A stretch of DNA of 64,000 nucleotides from assembly GCA_964565345.1 (NCBI GenBank), contig CAZMEQ010000004.1, positions 2,873 to 66,872 on the forward strand. The letters run 5' to 3'. The stretch is from an uncultured Gammaproteobacteria bacterium (lineage in GTDB: Bacteria; Patescibacteriota; Patescibacteriia; UBA11705; JABHMO01). The notes beneath the pieces were generated by a model that had not been told where the DNA came from, ran no database searches, and saw only the letters and a program-made list of their open reading frames with translations. The stretch's first letter is position 1. Each line of letters begins with the position of its first letter. Made by a program: the position numbers and the translations under genes. This document shows positions 17,811 through 27,681 of the stretch, in pieces.

Positions 17811-17925
17811 CTAGCGGTTTGCGTCGTCTCCGACAGAGCGGATCATCGCAAAACGCTATGGGGCACCTAATAATTAGAGGGAGCTAGCGGTTTGCGTCGT
17901 TGCTGCGCTTCTCGCAAAACGCCAG
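17811..17925 (+). repeat. REP-like repeats, copies B and C
   Basis: CTAGCGGTTTGCGTCGT...TCGCAAAACGC at 17811 and 17884, each self-complementary. Confidence 0.75.
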
Positions 17926-17974
17926 GGTTCACCTACCTGCGACATTCTAATTTATCGGGATCTATAATTAAGGG

Positions 17975-19411
17975 ATGAAATTAACCCGGTCGCAAAAGTT
18001 TTTTTACTTGTGCTTATGTTTTCTGATTGGGATAGTTCTCGGCGAACTTCCTGTTTCTCTTTCTTTTATTTTTTTATTATGTTTTTTTGTTTTTTTGTTC
18101 CTATTTTTAATTAAATTATCAAAAATTTATTATCTATTATTGATTTCCCTGGTCGTAGGAATATTTTGGCGCAACTCGTTCAACCCCAGTATAGATGATG
18201 ACCATATCAGTTATTATAATAATAAGTTCATGACCTTTTTGGGTGTTGTTATTAATGAACCTGATGTTAGAATAGATAGTCAAAAACTGACTATAGATGT
18301 TACTGACTATAAGGGAAAAGTTCTTTTAAAGACTTTGCAATATCCGGAATATAGCTATGGGGACCAGCTTTCAATAAAATGTAAGTTGCATCCACCGGAA
18401 CCAATCGAAGATTTCCGCTATGACAAATTTTTAGCCCGCGAGGGTATTTATTCAGTTTGTTATAATCCTCAAATAAAAAAGGTTAGTGGGAATAATGGCA
18501 ATTTTATTTATGCTTGGATTTTAAAATTTAAAAAAGGGGTTGAACAAATCATCAATAAAACCATTTCAGAACCACAAGCCGCCTTGCTCGGTGGTATTTT
18601 GTTAGGTTCGCGTAGGGGCCTTCCCACGGAGTTAATGGATCAGTTCAATCGCGTAGGCATTACGCATATTATCGCCATCTCTGGCTATAATATTACCATT
18701 ATCGTTTCGGTGCTAATGACATTGGCCAAGTTCTTGTATATAAATCGAAAAAAAGTTTTGTGGTTCATATTCCCGAGTTTAATTATTTTTGTTATTTTAA
18801 CAGGGCTGAGTGCTTCGGTAGTGCGCGCCACTATTATGGGGTTGCTGGTTGTCGTCGCTGGCCAGGTGGGGAGAAAATCAAATCCGAAAAATATTTTGAT
18901 AGCCGCAGCTGTTGTGATGTCTGTGTGCAATCCGTTTGTGATCTTGTGGGATTCTGGTTTCCAACTGTCATTCTTGGCTACATGTGGGTTGATGTTTTTG
19001 TCTGAGAAATTAAAAAAGTATTTCGCCCGAGTACCGGAAATTTTTGGGTTGCAAGAGAATTTGGTTAGTACCTTTTCCGCCATTATTATGACTTTACCTT
19101 TAATACTTTTTAATTTTAAAAGACTTTCACTTATTGCGCCGATTGCAAATCTACTAGTTTTGCCGACCATTCCGCTGGCTATGTTATTAGGTTTTGTTCA
19201 AATCATAGTCGGTTCTTTTTCTGTTGCCTTGGGACAAGTAGTTGGTTGGTCTAGTTGGTTAATTTTGAGTTATGTGGTTAAGGTGACAGAAATTTTAGCT
19301 TTACTATGGTGGTCGGCCGTTGATTTGTCTGTGGGTTGGGGAGGTCTAATTCTGGGATTTTTAACTCTAGTAGTCATTATTAAAAAGAAGAGACGTATAG
19401 TCTATTCGTAA
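17975..19411 (+). CDS. comEC: ComEC/Rec2 competence protein, membrane part
   Basis: OB-like region, GITHIIAISGYN, SASVVRA, SGFQLSF, PIANLL. Confidence 0.92.
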   Translation: MKLTRSQKFFYLCLCFLIGIVLGELPVSLSFIFLLCFFVFLFLFLIKLSKIYYLLLISLVVGIFWRNSFNPSIDDDHISYYNNKFMTFLGVVINEPDVRIDSQKLTIDVTDYKGKVLLKTLQYPEYSYGDQLSIKCKLHPPEPIEDFRYDKFLAREGIYSVCYNPQIKKVSGNNGNFIYAWILKFKKGVEQIINKTISEPQAALLGGILLGSRRGLPTELMDQFNRVGITHIIAISGYNITIIVSVLMTLAKFLYINRKKVLWFIFPSLIIFVILTGLSASVVRATIMGLLVVVAGQVGRKSNPKNILIAAAVVMSVCNPFVILWDSGFQLSFLATCGLMFLSEKLKKYFARVPEIFGLQENLVSTFSAIIMTLPLILFNFKRLSLIAPIANLLVLPTIPLAMLLGFVQIIVGSFSVALGQVVGWSSWLILSYVVKVTEILALLWWSAVDLSVGWGGLILGFLTLVVIIKKKRRIVYS

Positions 19412-19435
19412 AGCTTATGATAAACTAGGAGTGAT

Positions 19436-19924
19436 ATGAAAACATTGGTAGTTTATTATTCAAGAACAGGGGTGACCAAGAAGGTGGCCGAGATTTTGAG
19501 TGTAAAACTCAAAGCTGATTTAGAAGAGATAGTTGATACACAAGATCGTTCTGGTGCCCTGGGTTATCTTAAAGCAGGACGTGATGCGACCTTTAAAAAA
19601 CTTACGAAATTGGTACCCATAAAGCGAAGATTATCGGATTATGATTTGGTTGTTGTGGGAACACCGGTGTGGGCCTGGACTATGTCGACGCCGATCAAGA
19701 CTTTTTTAACTGAAAACAAGGGAAAGTTTAATCAGGTTGCCTTTTTTTGTACCATGGGTGGGTCTGGTGACGACAAAACATTTTTGCATATGGCAGATGT
19801 TTGTGGTAAAAAAGAAAAAGCTAGGTTAGCCATGTTAACGAAAGAAGTAGTCAACGAAGACGTAGAAGAAAAAATTAATAACTTTTTAGAAGAAATATAT
19901 GGCCATGGAAAGATTTCTGCATAA
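19436..19924 (+). CDS. Flavodoxin family protein
   Basis: VVYYSRTGVTKKVA, VGTPVW, FCTMGGSG. Confidence 0.9.
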   Translation: MKTLVVYYSRTGVTKKVAEILSVKLKADLEEIVDTQDRSGALGYLKAGRDATFKKLTKLVPIKRRLSDYDLVVVGTPVWAWTMSTPIKTFLTENKGKFNQVAFFCTMGGSGDDKTFLHMADVCGKKEKARLAMLTKEVVNEDVEEKINNFLEEIYGHGKISA

Positions 19925-20858
19925 AATGTTCGAAAGTAGTACTGGACACGATTTACGAGAAGCCCAAACAGCGGAGGATGTCATGATTCTTTTGAGCGGG
20001 TTGGGTTATGAGAATGTCCCTGAAGAAGTTGCTCGCCGTTTGAGCTTTTTATCTTTACCCACTGAAATGCGTAATTCTCATTTTCAAGATGCCCTAGATA
20101 TTTCGGAAATTATAGACGATTTAGTCCCAGAGGATTTATCAGATCAAGAAACAAATGAATTAAGGGCTGCTAGCTTGCTCCATGATGTGGGTAAGGCCGG
20201 CCCACCCGAAGCTAATGAAAACGAACAGTTGGCTATTGTGACTCTATTCAATTTGAATTTTCCTTATGGGCAAATGATTGATGGAGTAAGGATAAATGAT
20301 GTTAGTATTCAGCGTGCATTAGGATTAAAAGTTGAAGAAGGTGAAATTACGCAAGAACGCGCAGCTGAGTTATTGTCTTTAGTTATTGCTGCCTCCGAAA
20401 GGCAAATCAATAAAAGGGTAGAAACAACTATTACCCCGGAAACGCCGATTGGCAAATTTTGGTCCGCCCATGTTTATTGGACGTATGATGTTCTGAAAAC
20501 TACAAATTTGCCGGACTCTTTAATTGATACTGCAGCGAGTCACCATCTCTTGGAGGGGCATGATCCCGCTGGAATTGGTTTGGATCGAGTTAGTAGTGGT
20601 ATGGCCTCTTTAGAGTTGGCTGACAAATACCAAGCCTATCGTATTCGTTTGATGTTAGCTGACAAATACCAAGCCTTTATGCAACGTAGTGGGCGGACTC
20701 ATGAGGATACAATAAAAATTATGCGGGCTCGTATTGAAGATTTCTTTAAAGATTGTCCGGCTGAGCGGGTTAGATTGCGTGATTTATATTTTCATATTTT
20801 AGATCAAATCGATCAAAAGAAAGAGGTTTTTGCGCGAGAGTTAGAATTAGCAAAATAA
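19899..20858 (+). CDS. HD-domain protein
   Basis: SH...LLHDVGK...HH...ADKY; start may be the ATG at 19905. Confidence 0.75.
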   Translation: MAMERFLHKMFESSTGHDLREAQTAEDVMILLSGLGYENVPEEVARRLSFLSLPTEMRNSHFQDALDISEIIDDLVPEDLSDQETNELRAASLLHDVGKAGPPEANENEQLAIVTLFNLNFPYGQMIDGVRINDVSIQRALGLKVEEGEITQERAAELLSLVIAASERQINKRVETTITPETPIGKFWSAHVYWTYDVLKTTNLPDSLIDTAASHHLLEGHDPAGIGLDRVSSGMASLELADKYQAYRIRLMLADKYQAFMQRSGRTHEDTIKIMRARIEDFFKDCPAERVRLRDLYFHILDQIDQKKEVFARELELAK

Positions 20859-20874
20859 AAAATAATTAACCAAT

Positions 20875-20953
20875 GTCGTCCGGAAGGTTTTTCAGGATCT
20901 CTAATTCATCGGTTACGGTGGTTATGAGATGCTGAACTAAATTCAGCATGACA
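20875..20953. repeat. TGTCR...CAGGATCT / GAGATGCTGAA...TTCAGCATGACA paired palindrome
   Basis: Two imperfect hairpins with TGTC/GACA termini in an intergenic gap. Confidence 0.6.
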
Positions 20954-20962
20954 ATGTGAGAT

Positions 20963-21466
20963 ATGCATTTATACAAAGAACAACGAGTCGGCGTTTTGGT
21001 CGACATCCAAAATTTATACTATAGCAGCAAGGTTATGTTTAAGAAAAAAGTTAACTTTGGGGCTATTTTAAAAGAAGTGGTAGGGGATAGAAAGTTAATT
21101 CGGGCCATCGCTTACGGAGTAGCCACAGAAGAGGGCTTAGAAGAAAAGTTTTTCACCGCTTTAGAAGGTGTGGGTTATGAAGTTAAGACAAAAGATTTAC
21201 AAATTTTTCCAGGGGGCCATAAAAAAGGTGATTGGGACGTGGGGATTGCGATCGATGCCATCAAGCTTTCCAAGAATTTGGATGTTATAGTCTTGGTTTC
21301 TGGCGATGGTGATTATTTACCTTTGGTCGAATATTTACAAAACACCACGGGCTGCCGTGTAGAAATCGCTGCTTTCCGCGAATCAACCAGTTCTCTTTTA
21401 TTAAATTATGTAGATTCTTTTATTGATTTAAGTGCTAACAAAAAGAAATTTTTATTGCCAGCTTAG
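20963..21466 (+). CDS. NYN domain (LabA/DUF88) protein
   Basis: VDIQNLYY, KGDWDVGIAIDA, LVSGDGDY. Confidence 0.92.
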   Translation: MHLYKEQRVGVLVDIQNLYYSSKVMFKKKVNFGAILKEVVGDRKLIRAIAYGVATEEGLEEKFFTALEGVGYEVKTKDLQIFPGGHKKGDWDVGIAIDAIKLSKNLDVIVLVSGDGDYLPLVEYLQNTTGCRVEIAAFRESTSSLLLNYVDSFIDLSANKKKFLLPA

Positions 21467-21497
21467 AATAAAAAATATACGGCCGTACACGCGTACG

Positions 21498-21557
21498 GTA
21501 GGGACAGGTCGTCCACCTTCCGAAGTCTCGTACGGAGGACAGGCGACCTGTCCCTAC
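21498..21557. repeat. GTAG-type REP palindrome with a nested insertion
   Basis: GTAGGGACAGGTCG-[32 nt]-CGACCTGTCCCTAC. Confidence 0.75.
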
Positions 21558-21653
21558 AACGCGGATGCGTTGTCCGTATATTTTTTTATTGACAATTTTT
21601 TTATCTCGATATATATTGTGGTGTCCTTGATTTTTCTATCCACGGAGGGAGTG

Positions 21654-21989
21654 ATGGATAAACTGACTTTGACAACAGAAACAATCGAGTGCCTAATGTA
21701 CAAAGAGGAGATGCCCTTTTGGGGCAAACGAGGGCTGAGCTGGGTTGTTATTTCAGCGCTCGATCCAATTCTCTGGCATGTCCAGGTTCGGTTTCCGGTT
21801 GGCACGGAAATGGTTTCGGGCCAAACAAAGAGTGGCTATGGGCTATCTCTGTTTGCGCTACCGGAAGGTCACTTTTGCAGATTGCGTCATCCGACAGCAA
21901 CAAGGCCAGTTCGTACTCTTGAGTACGTGATTCCGTACCAATTCAAAGACACATTCGCTTCGCCATTGCCACCACCGTTTGGCAAGTAG
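21654..21989 (+). CDS. 111-aa hypothetical protein (GC-richer islet)
   Basis: TTGACA-17-TATATT promoter, GGAGGGAG SD before ATG 21654, terminator at ~21994-22028. Confidence 0.6.
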   Translation: MDKLTLTTETIECLMYKEEMPFWGKRGLSWVVISALDPILWHVQVRFPVGTEMVSGQTKSGYGLSLFALPEGHFCRLRHPTATRPVRTLEYVIPYQFKDTFASPLPPPFGK

Positions 21990-22027
21990 GCTAAGCCCCT
22001 TAACCGACATTGGTTCTGGGGGCTTTT

Positions 22028-23263
22028 TTATTTACTGGTACTATTTCCGGCCACAAACCCCGTGCTCCAACACACTTGAAGATTGTATCCGCCGGTAGGT
22101 CCAGCGAGATCTAATATTTCCCCAGCAAAATATAAGTTTTTAATTATTTTAGATTGCATTGTTTTTGGGTCAACTTCTTTCAAATTAACCCCGCCAACAG
22201 TGATCATGGCTTTATCAAAGCCTTCTAGGTTTTTAATTGAATATTTTATTTTTTTTAATTCTTCAACGAAATCTCTTCGTTCTTTTGCTGTTACTACATT
22301 ACATTTTTTTTGGAAGTCAAACCAGTACTTATGAGCCAGATATTCGAAAAATCTCTTTGGTAGAAAACTGTTAAGAACTGTTTGCAGTGTTTTATTTTGA
22401 TTGGTTGAAATAAGATTGATTAAGTTCTGATCAAATTGTTCTTTACTAAGGAGAGGGAAGATGTCGATTTCTAAAATTAAATTATCTTCAATCTTACTTG
22501 CAATCTTTTGGCTAAGTAAAATAGCGCCTGGGCCGCTAATACCATTATTGGTAAAGATAATATCACCGGCAGATTGCGCGATTACTTTTTTCAGAGTGGT
22601 AGCTTTCAGTGAAACATCCTTCAAAGAAACGCCTTCCATCATTGTTATTTTTTGATCATCTAGAATAATCGGAGTCAGCGCCGGAAACAGCTGGGTAACT
22701 GAGTGACCAGCTTGTTCTGCCAAAGCATAGCCGGAGCCGTCAGAGCCAGTTTGAGGATATGATTTACCGCCGGTACACAGGACAAAATTTGTAGCTTCGA
22801 TTTTGGTTTTGTCACTTAATAGTAGATAGTTTATCGTCTTATTCTTTAAGCTCAACTTTTTTACTGTTACATTGTAACGGACTTCTACACCATTCTGAGT
22901 AAGTTCTTTCTTGAGAGCATTAAGAACATCAGCGCCCTTATTGCTTTGCGGAAAAACTTTATTATTTTCTTCAATTTTTAAAGGGATACCAAGCGATTCG
23001 AAAAAAGACCAGGTTTTATCTAGCCCGAATTGATTTAACGAAGAAAATAAAAACTTGCCATTAGGTCCAAATGATTCAATAAAAAGGCGATCATCAGGGG
23101 CTCTATTCATTAAGTTACAACGTCCATTGCCAGCCAGCATTAATTTAATACCCAGCCGGTCATTTTTTTCTAAAATAATAACCTTGGCACCTTTATGCGC
23201 TGCGTTTATGGCGGCCATTATTCCGGCCGGACCCCCACCCATGATAGCTACATCGTATTTCAT
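22028..23263 (-). CDS. HI0933/YhiN/BaiN family flavoprotein
   Basis: GGGPAGIMAA, GNGRCN, TGGKSYPQTGSDGSG, AGEILDLAGPTGGYNLQ. Confidence 0.95.
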   Translation of the reverse strand: MKYDVAIMGGGPAGIMAAINAAHKGAKVIILEKNDRLGIKLMLAGNGRCNLMNRAPDDRLFIESFGPNGKFLFSSLNQFGLDKTWSFFESLGIPLKIEENNKVFPQSNKGADVLNALKKELTQNGVEVRYNVTVKKLSLKNKTINYLLLSDKTKIEATNFVLCTGGKSYPQTGSDGSGYALAEQAGHSVTQLFPALTPIILDDQKITMMEGVSLKDVSLKATTLKKVIAQSAGDIIFTNNGISGPGAILLSQKIASKIEDNLILEIDIFPLLSKEQFDQNLINLISTNQNKTLQTVLNSFLPKRFFEYLAHKYWFDFQKKCNVVTAKERRDFVEELKKIKYSIKNLEGFDKAMITVGGVNLKEVDPKTMQSKIIKNLYFAGEILDLAGPTGGYNLQVCWSTGFVAGNSTSK

Positions 23264-23349
23264 ATTATTCCTAACATAACATTAAAAAGGGTCAGTTCGC
23301 AAGCACCTTTGTTTAGCTGATTAGAGCGGATACGATATAATAAAAGAAC

Positions 23350-24249
23350 ATGAAAAATAAATATCAAAAATATTTTGGCTTAGCTTTCCTTATCTGTATC
23401 TCGCTTTTTAGTATTGTCTACTCAAGTGGCGTTGATTTTAAGGTGTCTGTTTTATCAACTAATGATAGTAATGCCAGCGAACTTAGCGTCAGCTTTTTGA
23501 ATGTCGGTCAGGGTGATGCTATTTATATCCGCACACCGGATGATGTTGATGTCCTGATTGATGGCGGGCCGGATAAATCCATATTAAATGAGTTGGGTTC
23601 GGTAATGCCGTTTTGGGACAAAGAAATTGATTTAATGATTTTAACCCATCCACATTCAGATCATGTAGCTGGACTAGTCGAAGTCCTGCGTCGTTATCAA
23701 GTCAAAAAGATTCTTTATACGGGAGTGCTTCACACAGCCCCGGATTATCTCGCTTGGTTAGAAGAAATAAAAGAGCAAGGAATTCCTCTCGAAATAGTCG
23801 ATAAAAAGAGTCGAGTTTTGCTCGGTTCATTCGTCCAGTTGGATTTACTGTATCCTAATAAAAGTTACTTAAATCAAAAAGTGAAAAATTTAAATAATAC
23901 TTCAATTGTGGCCCGTTTGATTTACGGTGAAATAAGTTTTTTGTTTACAGGCGATGCGGAAGTGGAAGTTGAGGAAGAATTATTGGCTGATGGTTCAATC
24001 GTTTTAGATTCGGACGTCTTAAAAGTCGGTCACCATGGGAGCCGGTCATCTAGTTCATGGCTATTTTTACAAGCGGTTAGTCCTGAATTAGCTATAATTC
24101 AAGTGGGCAAAGATAATTCTTTTGAGCATCCGCACGGGGAGACATTGTTTAATTTACAGAAGTTGAAGGTTACGCTCCTTCGGACAGATTTAAATAGTAC
24201 GAGTACGTTAATTTCCAACGGGACGGGAATACAACTCTTGAACAATTAA
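23350..24249 (+). CDS. ComEC-type metallo-beta-lactamase nuclease domain, stand-alone
   Basis: VGQGDA, LIDGG, THPHSDH, LFTGDAE, LKVGHHGS, HPH. Confidence 0.9.
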   Translation: MKNKYQKYFGLAFLICISLFSIVYSSGVDFKVSVLSTNDSNASELSVSFLNVGQGDAIYIRTPDDVDVLIDGGPDKSILNELGSVMPFWDKEIDLMILTHPHSDHVAGLVEVLRRYQVKKILYTGVLHTAPDYLAWLEEIKEQGIPLEIVDKKSRVLLGSFVQLDLLYPNKSYLNQKVKNLNNTSIVARLIYGEISFLFTGDAEVEVEEELLADGSIVLDSDVLKVGHHGSRSSSSWLFLQAVSPELAIIQVGKDNSFEHPHGETLFNLQKLKVTLLRTDLNSTSTLISNGTGIQLLNN

Positions 24250-24269
24250 ATGTGTTATAATTAATACAT

Positions 24270-26306
24270 ATGTGGCCATTTGCTTTCATTATTTTTTTTA
24301 GCGCCTTCTTGCTTTTTCAAGTCCAACCTTTAATAAGTAAGTTTATTTTACCTTGGTTTGGCGGGTCGGCTTCGGTGTGGTTGGTAGCCATGTTGTTTTT
24401 TCAATTGCTGTTATTGTTAGGGTACTTGTATTCTTTTATCTTGAATCATTTTAAAGTAAAAACGCAAAAATACGTTCATCTTTTTTTGATTTTTGTAACC
24501 TTGCTAACTTTGCCCATTATTCCAGAGGCCGAGTGGAAACCAATAGATTCGTCTTGGCCGGCTATAAAAATTATTGTTATTTTGTTTTTAACAGTGGGGC
24601 TTCCATATTTTGTCCTTTCTACCACCGGGCCGTTACTGCAAGCTTGGTATGTTCGTAAAAACCCGGCTAAAAATCCATATATACTTTACGCACTATCTAA
24701 TGCCGGTTCACTGATTGGGTTAATTTCTTTTCCTTTTTTATTTGAGCCGTTCTTAGATAGTTTTACTCAGGCGTGGTTTTGGTCGGGCGGTTTTCTTTTA
24801 TTTGGACTAGCAGTTTTTGTCTTGGTTTTTAAAAAGCTTAAAGCCTTACCAGAAAAATTATTTATTGAGACTGCTAAGGAAAATATTAAACCTTTAAGAT
24901 TAGCGCTTTGGATTATTTTTCCAGCCTTAGCCTCAGCTATTTTTCTGGCAGTTACAAATCATATTTGTCTTGATGTAGCAACAATACCGTTTTTGTGGAT
25001 TTTGCCGTTTTCTCTGTATCTGCTCACTTTTATTATTACTTTCGCTGATCCATATTTTTACAAACGCGGGTTTTATATTGCCGCTTCATTGTTTTGTTTG
25101 GCCGTGGTTCCGTTTTTAGTTTTTTATCGAGAGATAGTTTCTTTTGATATTAGCTTACAAGTCGTAAGTTATCTGCTAGTTTTGTTTGTGACCTGTATGA
25201 CCTGTCATGGGGAGCTATACAGATTAAAACCTAAAGCAGAGTCGCTTACATATTATTATTTAATGATTGCTATCGGTGGCGCTTTGGGCGGTTTGTTTGT
25301 CTCTGTCATTGCGCCACTTATTTTTACTGCTTATTGGGAGTTGCCTTTTTGCATCTTAGCATTATTGGTGGTGATTTGTTTAAAGCATTTTGGTAGTAAT
25401 GGTTTTAAAACAGAAGTTAGTTACAAAAATCGTAAAGTTATTATTATTTGTTTTATTCTTTTGTGTGTGTTTTTTATCGGATACATAATTTATGCGCAAA
25501 AAAGTGGAGCCAAGCGAACCATCGCTGCTCAAAGAAATTTTTATGGTACATTAAGAGTAGAAGATATTGATTCAAGAGAGGTTGGTAAACAAGAAAGATA
25601 TTTGTTGTACGGCTCAACTGTCCATGGTAATAGTTTGCGTGAACAAGGTAAGGATATCCCTTATTTGGGTTATTATGCGGAGGGGAGTGGAGTGGGGGTG
25701 CTTATGGAAGAAATAATTAATACTCCCAATCGTGAGGTTGCGTTAATCGGTTTGGGGACTGGGACTTTGGCGTATTATGGTAATGAAGGCGATAATTTTA
25801 CTTTTTATGAAATTAACCCAGCGGTTTTACCTTATGCCGAGCAATATTTTTCGTACTTAAAAGAGAGTCGGGCTAAAATCAATCATGTTTTAGGTGATGC
25901 CAGACTTTCTTTAGAAAAAGAACCTAACAACAAATTTGATAGTTTAGTTTTAGATGCTTTTAGCAGTGATTCAATCCCAGTTCACTTGTTGACCAAGGAA
26001 GCTTTTGAAATGTATTTAAAGAAGATGAAAGAAAAATCAGTCATGGCGGTTCATATCTCGAATAGACATTTAGACTTAACTCCAGTTTTACGGGCATTAG
26101 CAGATTATTTTGATTTAGATATGGCGATTATCTCTGCCCCCAAAGATGAAGCGAAAAAAAGACATAATTCCACGTGGATTCTTTTGGCAAAAGATAAAAG
26201 CATTTTACACAGCAGGGAATTAGATGCACTGTATACGAAAGAAGCGGTTAAGAGTATCAATATTTGGACTGATCATTATAGTAATTTATTCAAAATTTTA
26301 AAATAA
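24270..26306 (+). CDS. Fused membrane / spermidine synthase-like SAM methyltransferase
   Basis: SAFLLFQVQP, CHGEL, RNFYG, IGLGTGTLA, GDAR, DAFSSDSIPVHLLT, WTD. Confidence 0.88.
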   Translation: MWPFAFIIFFSAFLLFQVQPLISKFILPWFGGSASVWLVAMLFFQLLLLLGYLYSFILNHFKVKTQKYVHLFLIFVTLLTLPIIPEAEWKPIDSSWPAIKIIVILFLTVGLPYFVLSTTGPLLQAWYVRKNPAKNPYILYALSNAGSLIGLISFPFLFEPFLDSFTQAWFWSGGFLLFGLAVFVLVFKKLKALPEKLFIETAKENIKPLRLALWIIFPALASAIFLAVTNHICLDVATIPFLWILPFSLYLLTFIITFADPYFYKRGFYIAASLFCLAVVPFLVFYREIVSFDISLQVVSYLLVLFVTCMTCHGELYRLKPKAESLTYYYLMIAIGGALGGLFVSVIAPLIFTAYWELPFCILALLVVICLKHFGSNGFKTEVSYKNRKVIIICFILLCVFFIGYIIYAQKSGAKRTIAAQRNFYGTLRVEDIDSREVGKQERYLLYGSTVHGNSLREQGKDIPYLGYYAEGSGVGVLMEEIINTPNREVALIGLGTGTLAYYGNEGDNFTFYEINPAVLPYAEQYFSYLKESRAKINHVLGDARLSLEKEPNNKFDSLVLDAFSSDSIPVHLLTKEAFEMYLKKMKEKSVMAVHISNRHLDLTPVLRALADYFDLDMAIISAPKDEAKKRHNSTWILLAKDKSILHSRELDALYTKEAVKSINIWTDHYSNLFKILK

Positions 26307-26453
26307 AATCGATAAATAAGAACGTCCCCCTGAGCCTTGAGCTTAGGGGGATTTTTGACAATTCCTAGGGTAATGATACGGTTAAAGTACGGGTGTTAAC
26401 TTGGCAATACGTGTCTTAGCCTCCCGTCCGTAAGTCGGAGTAAGGAGGCCCTC

Positions 26454-27503
26454 ATGAAGAGTCCTGTCCAGAGTCTTACTGTCAACACCTACGGCACGCG
26501 CGGCAGTCAGCCGATCTGTAATCCGGAATCGGTTGTCACCGGCGGCAACACCACCTGTCTGCGTATCGAGTCGCTCTGCCTGCCTAGTGGTATGGCTCTC
26601 GTCATCGACGCAGGGACCGGCTTTCCTCCACTCGCACGGGTTTTGGCAGCGGAAGGAATCACTGGCAGCTCCAAACATGGCGATGGTCACGAACACGACC
26701 AAGTCGTGATCTGCTTCACGCACTACCACCGTGATCACACCATCGGTCTGACCACGGCCATTCCGGTAATTTTCAACAAGAAGTTGCCGGTGCGGTTCAT
26801 TGGTCCGTTGGATCAGGGCGGTGGGCCGAAGGAGATGATGCAGAGACTGTTCTGCCCACCGGACTTCCCAGCTGGGTACAAGAAGGTCGCTTCTCACCTG
26901 GAATACACGCCGCTGGACGACCCATCGACCTACGTGATCATGTTTCACCCCAAGGGGGGGCTCAAGGTACTGGGGCTCGATGAGTTCGAGCGGCTGGTCC
27001 GCAAGGGCGGAGAACGCATGCCCTTCGGAGCCAAGTCCTACTACCCGCTGGGAGAATGCTTGGTCGTGCGCATGCTCAAGACCGAGCATCCCCAGACCAC
27101 GGTGTCATATCGATTCGACGAGATGCCGACCGGGAAGAGTTTCGTGTTCATGACCGACAACGAGTCCATGGACGGTATCCCACAAGCGTACTTGGCACAC
27201 GTCAGGGACGCGGACCTCCTCATCCTGGATGTTCAGTACGACGAGGCAACTTATTACGGCTTCACGGCGGGCTTCGGTCACGCCTGGGCCGGGTTCGCGG
27301 TTCGCCTAGCCAATGCTACCCATGTCAAGCGTCTTGGTACCACCCACCACGATCCGGATTCCACGGATCAGAAGGTTGATGCGATTGTCGATGAAATCCG
27401 TCATCTGGCAGCTGCAAGGCTGGCCGAAGCGGGCGATTCGACCCTGCTACTGCAACCCAAGAACGTCTTCGCTTGCCGTGATTACGGTAGGACCGAAGTC
27501 TAG
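26454..27503 (+). CDS. MBL-fold metallo-hydrolase (GC-rich islet)
   Basis: YGTRGSQP, GGNTTC, IDAGTG, THYHRDH, TDNE, GH, HHDP; AAGGAGG SD. Confidence 0.88.
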   Translation: MKSPVQSLTVNTYGTRGSQPICNPESVVTGGNTTCLRIESLCLPSGMALVIDAGTGFPPLARVLAAEGITGSSKHGDGHEHDQVVICFTHYHRDHTIGLTTAIPVIFNKKLPVRFIGPLDQGGGPKEMMQRLFCPPDFPAGYKKVASHLEYTPLDDPSTYVIMFHPKGGLKVLGLDEFERLVRKGGERMPFGAKSYYPLGECLVVRMLKTEHPQTTVSYRFDEMPTGKSFVFMTDNESMDGIPQAYLAHVRDADLLILDVQYDEATYYGFTAGFGHAWAGFAVRLANATHVKRLGTTHHDPDSTDQKVDAIVDEIRHLAAARLAEAGDSTLLLQPKNVFACRDYGRTEV

Positions 27504-27574
27504 TTCTCGTGCTACTAAACCCATTACGCGCAGGGCGGATTAAGGCGGACACCACCCGCCAGTGTTAACACCCC

Positions 27575-27608
27575 AGGGGTAGCTCCACGGAGCTACCCCT
27601 AAATTTTT
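27575..27608 (+). terminator. Intrinsic terminator
   Basis: AGGGGTAGCTCC-AC-GGAGCTACCCCT followed by an A/T tract. Confidence 0.7.
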
Positions 27609-27681
27609 TATAATTATCGTTGTTCCATTTACAAAATCGCATATTTTGCTATACTTAAGCCAAAATAATTAAGATTAATTT

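Noticed and set aside
21432-21653. 5' extension of the 185-aa ORF
   Set aside because: Runs through REP palindromes and the promoter; the SD supports ATG 21654.
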